Assembly (NCBI GenBank): GCA_964187785.1
Contig: OZ076409.1
Span: forward strand, 9,612,001 to 9,676,000
From: Amphiscolops sp. MND2022
Lineage: Eukaryota
Reading direction: 5' to 3'
Length of the DNA stretch: 64,000 nt
The notes beneath the pieces are model-generated. The model made no database searches and was not told the DNA's origin. It saw nothing but the letters and a program-made list of their open reading frames with translations. Numbering within the stretch: the stretch's first letter is position 1; each line of letters begins with the position of its first letter. The translations under genes were made by a program, and so were the position numbers. Positions 61,832-64,000 of the stretch are shown here, one piece after another.

Positions 61832-63112
61832 GTGAGTTCTTTTCTTGTGAATTCTTGACAATGTAATTTTTACTAGTTTATTTTTTTAACTAGTGACTTT
61901 ACCTTATTTCCGTCCCACCAAGGCCTAGTAAAAAGTGGGGTCTATGTCCCACCAACTCTGGTTTCGTAAACGTTGGGTAAATTAAAATCAGGAGCATTTT
62001 GAGTGAGAAAATAATGTAATATTTGAAAAAGAAAATAAAACATAACAGTATAAAACTGAATGAACTTGGTACTGTCTCACTCAATCAGAATAGGCATCGA
62101 ATACTTTCCTTTCAAGTGAAATATTTCAAGTCAAGTGGTTTATTAACTTGGACGGTGATGTTGCTCGGCGCCGCACTGGTACTATATGAAAACGATATGA
62201 ACACTACAGTATAGCCCCAGTTTTGCACCGAGACGAAATTCGTCGTGTTACAATTGAAGAATTTCTGATTATTGATATAAATTAACGGATCTTGTTTGCT
62301 AATACCCACCCCCACCCCACTCACAGGAAAATTTATCTGTCCCCAGAGTGTTTGCAGAAAATTGCCACCTTCACGGAAATTAATCAATTATTGAATCTAA
62401 GCTTTCGAATGTTTCAAACAAAAACTATGAAGTCAGGTTCGTTCCACGCTTGTGTGAACAAGAAAAGGTGATCATTGATTGGAAAATGAAGGTTGTCACG
62501 CTGCATGAACAACTTGACTTTCACTTCTAAGATCCCGGTCAACACGTAAAATGGCTCTATCCAAAATGAATTTAAGCAAACTCGTGACCATTACCAAAAC
62601 TAAATGGGATACTGTGGCCCTTTATCAGTAAGCTGGGATAATTCCTCTGACAAAACAGTGAAAAAACGACTACGCTGAAAATCCAAAACTTTTAAGTGGG
62701 AAAAGGGAAATAAGTTCGCGGGAGCCATTAGCAAACAATATCCAAATTAAACTTGATTTGACATATTTCGACTAGCACTTTCCTGAGGTTTATATAAAAT
62801 GCAGTACATATAAGACTCATGATAGTGTCTAGATGATCTACGTTGAGCTAAAAATAGTTCCTTTTTCTTCAATATATCTTGTTATCTTGTTAAAATATCG
62901 ATGTTATAAATCAATATAATACAGTACAGTGGCGTCTTTGGTGGCGTCTTTGAACCCTTAAACAACAAAAGACAACACAAAAATGTCTCCCCTTCTAGAT
63001 TATTTCAATCGTATTGCAAACGCAACAATAGTTTTTATATTCATTCCCATCAGGATGCTTCTTTATGCTGCTTTATTTTCTGCTGTATGAATAGGCCCCC
63101 ATTAGAAAAAAC

Positions 63113-64000
63113 TCGAAATCACATCGCGTTGCTATTTCACTTTAATTGACTGAAAATCACGCCGCATTACTATTTCAATGAAATTCACTGGGGAAAACCA
63201 CATCGCGTTGCTATTTCAATGAAGTTACTCGAAAATCACATCGCGTTGCTATTTCACCGAAGTTACTCGAAAATCACATCGCGTTGCTATTTCACCGAAG
63301 TTTGAAATTAGCTATAGGAAAAGCTGCTCTATAGATCGTTTTGAGAGTCAAAAATAGAAGCAGTAAATACTTGATTATTCGAGGCCAAGTTTCGAACCCA
63401 CAATGATGACAAAGCAATCAAATTATTAAATGTAAAGCGGCAAAAAGAACGAAATAAATAAATAATATTTGACAACAATTAATTGCAAACAACAGTAACA
63501 CAAATAGCAAGGCCTTTTCTCGAAGTTATTTTACTGAAATCAAGAAAAATATTTAGATCTTATTTCCGAAATAGGAAATATTTTACCTGTCCGGGAATCG
63601 CACCCAAGACCTTATGGTTCGAAAGCTAGCGCACTAACTATTTGGCCATAGCGCCTTGAAAATGAACAACTAAAATTTGCTTTTAATCTTATTGCTTGTC
63701 AACAAAGTTACTCGAAAATCACATCGCGTTGCTATTTCAATAAGTTACTCGAAAATCACATCGCGTTGCTATTTCACCGAAGGTAGTCGAAAATCACATC
63801 GCGTTGCTATTTCACCGAAGTTACTCGAAAATCACATCGCGTTGCTATTTCACCGAAGTTACTCGAAAATCACACCGCGTTGCTATTTCAGATGAAATTA
63901 CTCAAAATCACACCGCGTTGCTATTTCATAAGAAACTGCTCAAAATCACACTGCGTTGCTATTTCACAAGAAATTACACAAAATCACACCGCGTTGCTAT
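63113..64000. repeat. 38-bp satellite arrays (63113-63300 and 63708-64000, running off the window)
   Basis: Same unit as 37560-37785. Confidence 0.95.
63585..63655 (-). pseudogene. Degenerate tRNA-like / SINE head between the satellite arrays
   Basis: Minus strand GGCGCTATGGCCAAATAGTTAGTGCGCTAGCTTTCGAACCATAAGGTCTTGGGTGCGATTCCC has tRNA-like spacing with decayed A and B boxes. Confidence 0.5.

Overview
This is repeat-rich eukaryotic DNA, probably from an invertebrate animal. It has GT-AG introns, LTR retrotransposons and MITEs, and no prokaryotic features. The first ~30 kb holds two different Ty3/Gypsy LTR retrotransposons on the minus strand, 15 bp apart. Gypsy-A (1-14082) is near-intact, with 8 mismatches over the 416 bp of LTR that can be compared. 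Gypsy-B (14098-~29900) is decayed and interrupted by a BEL/Pao remnant. The main signal is that both carry, between pol and the 3' LTR, a homologous antisense gene with introns. Its product looks like a hAT-transposase-derived protein: a C-x2-C-x16-H-x5-H finger, a hAT-like layout, and no recognisable catalytic DDE. In both elements gag also starts inside the LTR. The rest (30-64 kb) is AT-rich. It contains three hAT MITEs with 8-bp target-site duplications (TSDs), a duplicated unit carrying a 69-aa RING micro-gene, a ~730-bp palindrome, a 2.1-kb element embedded in (TAG)n, a 38-bp satellite, tRNA- and 5S-like fragments, and the first two exons of a zinc-finger gene. All family assignments come from reading motifs by eye; no database search was run.
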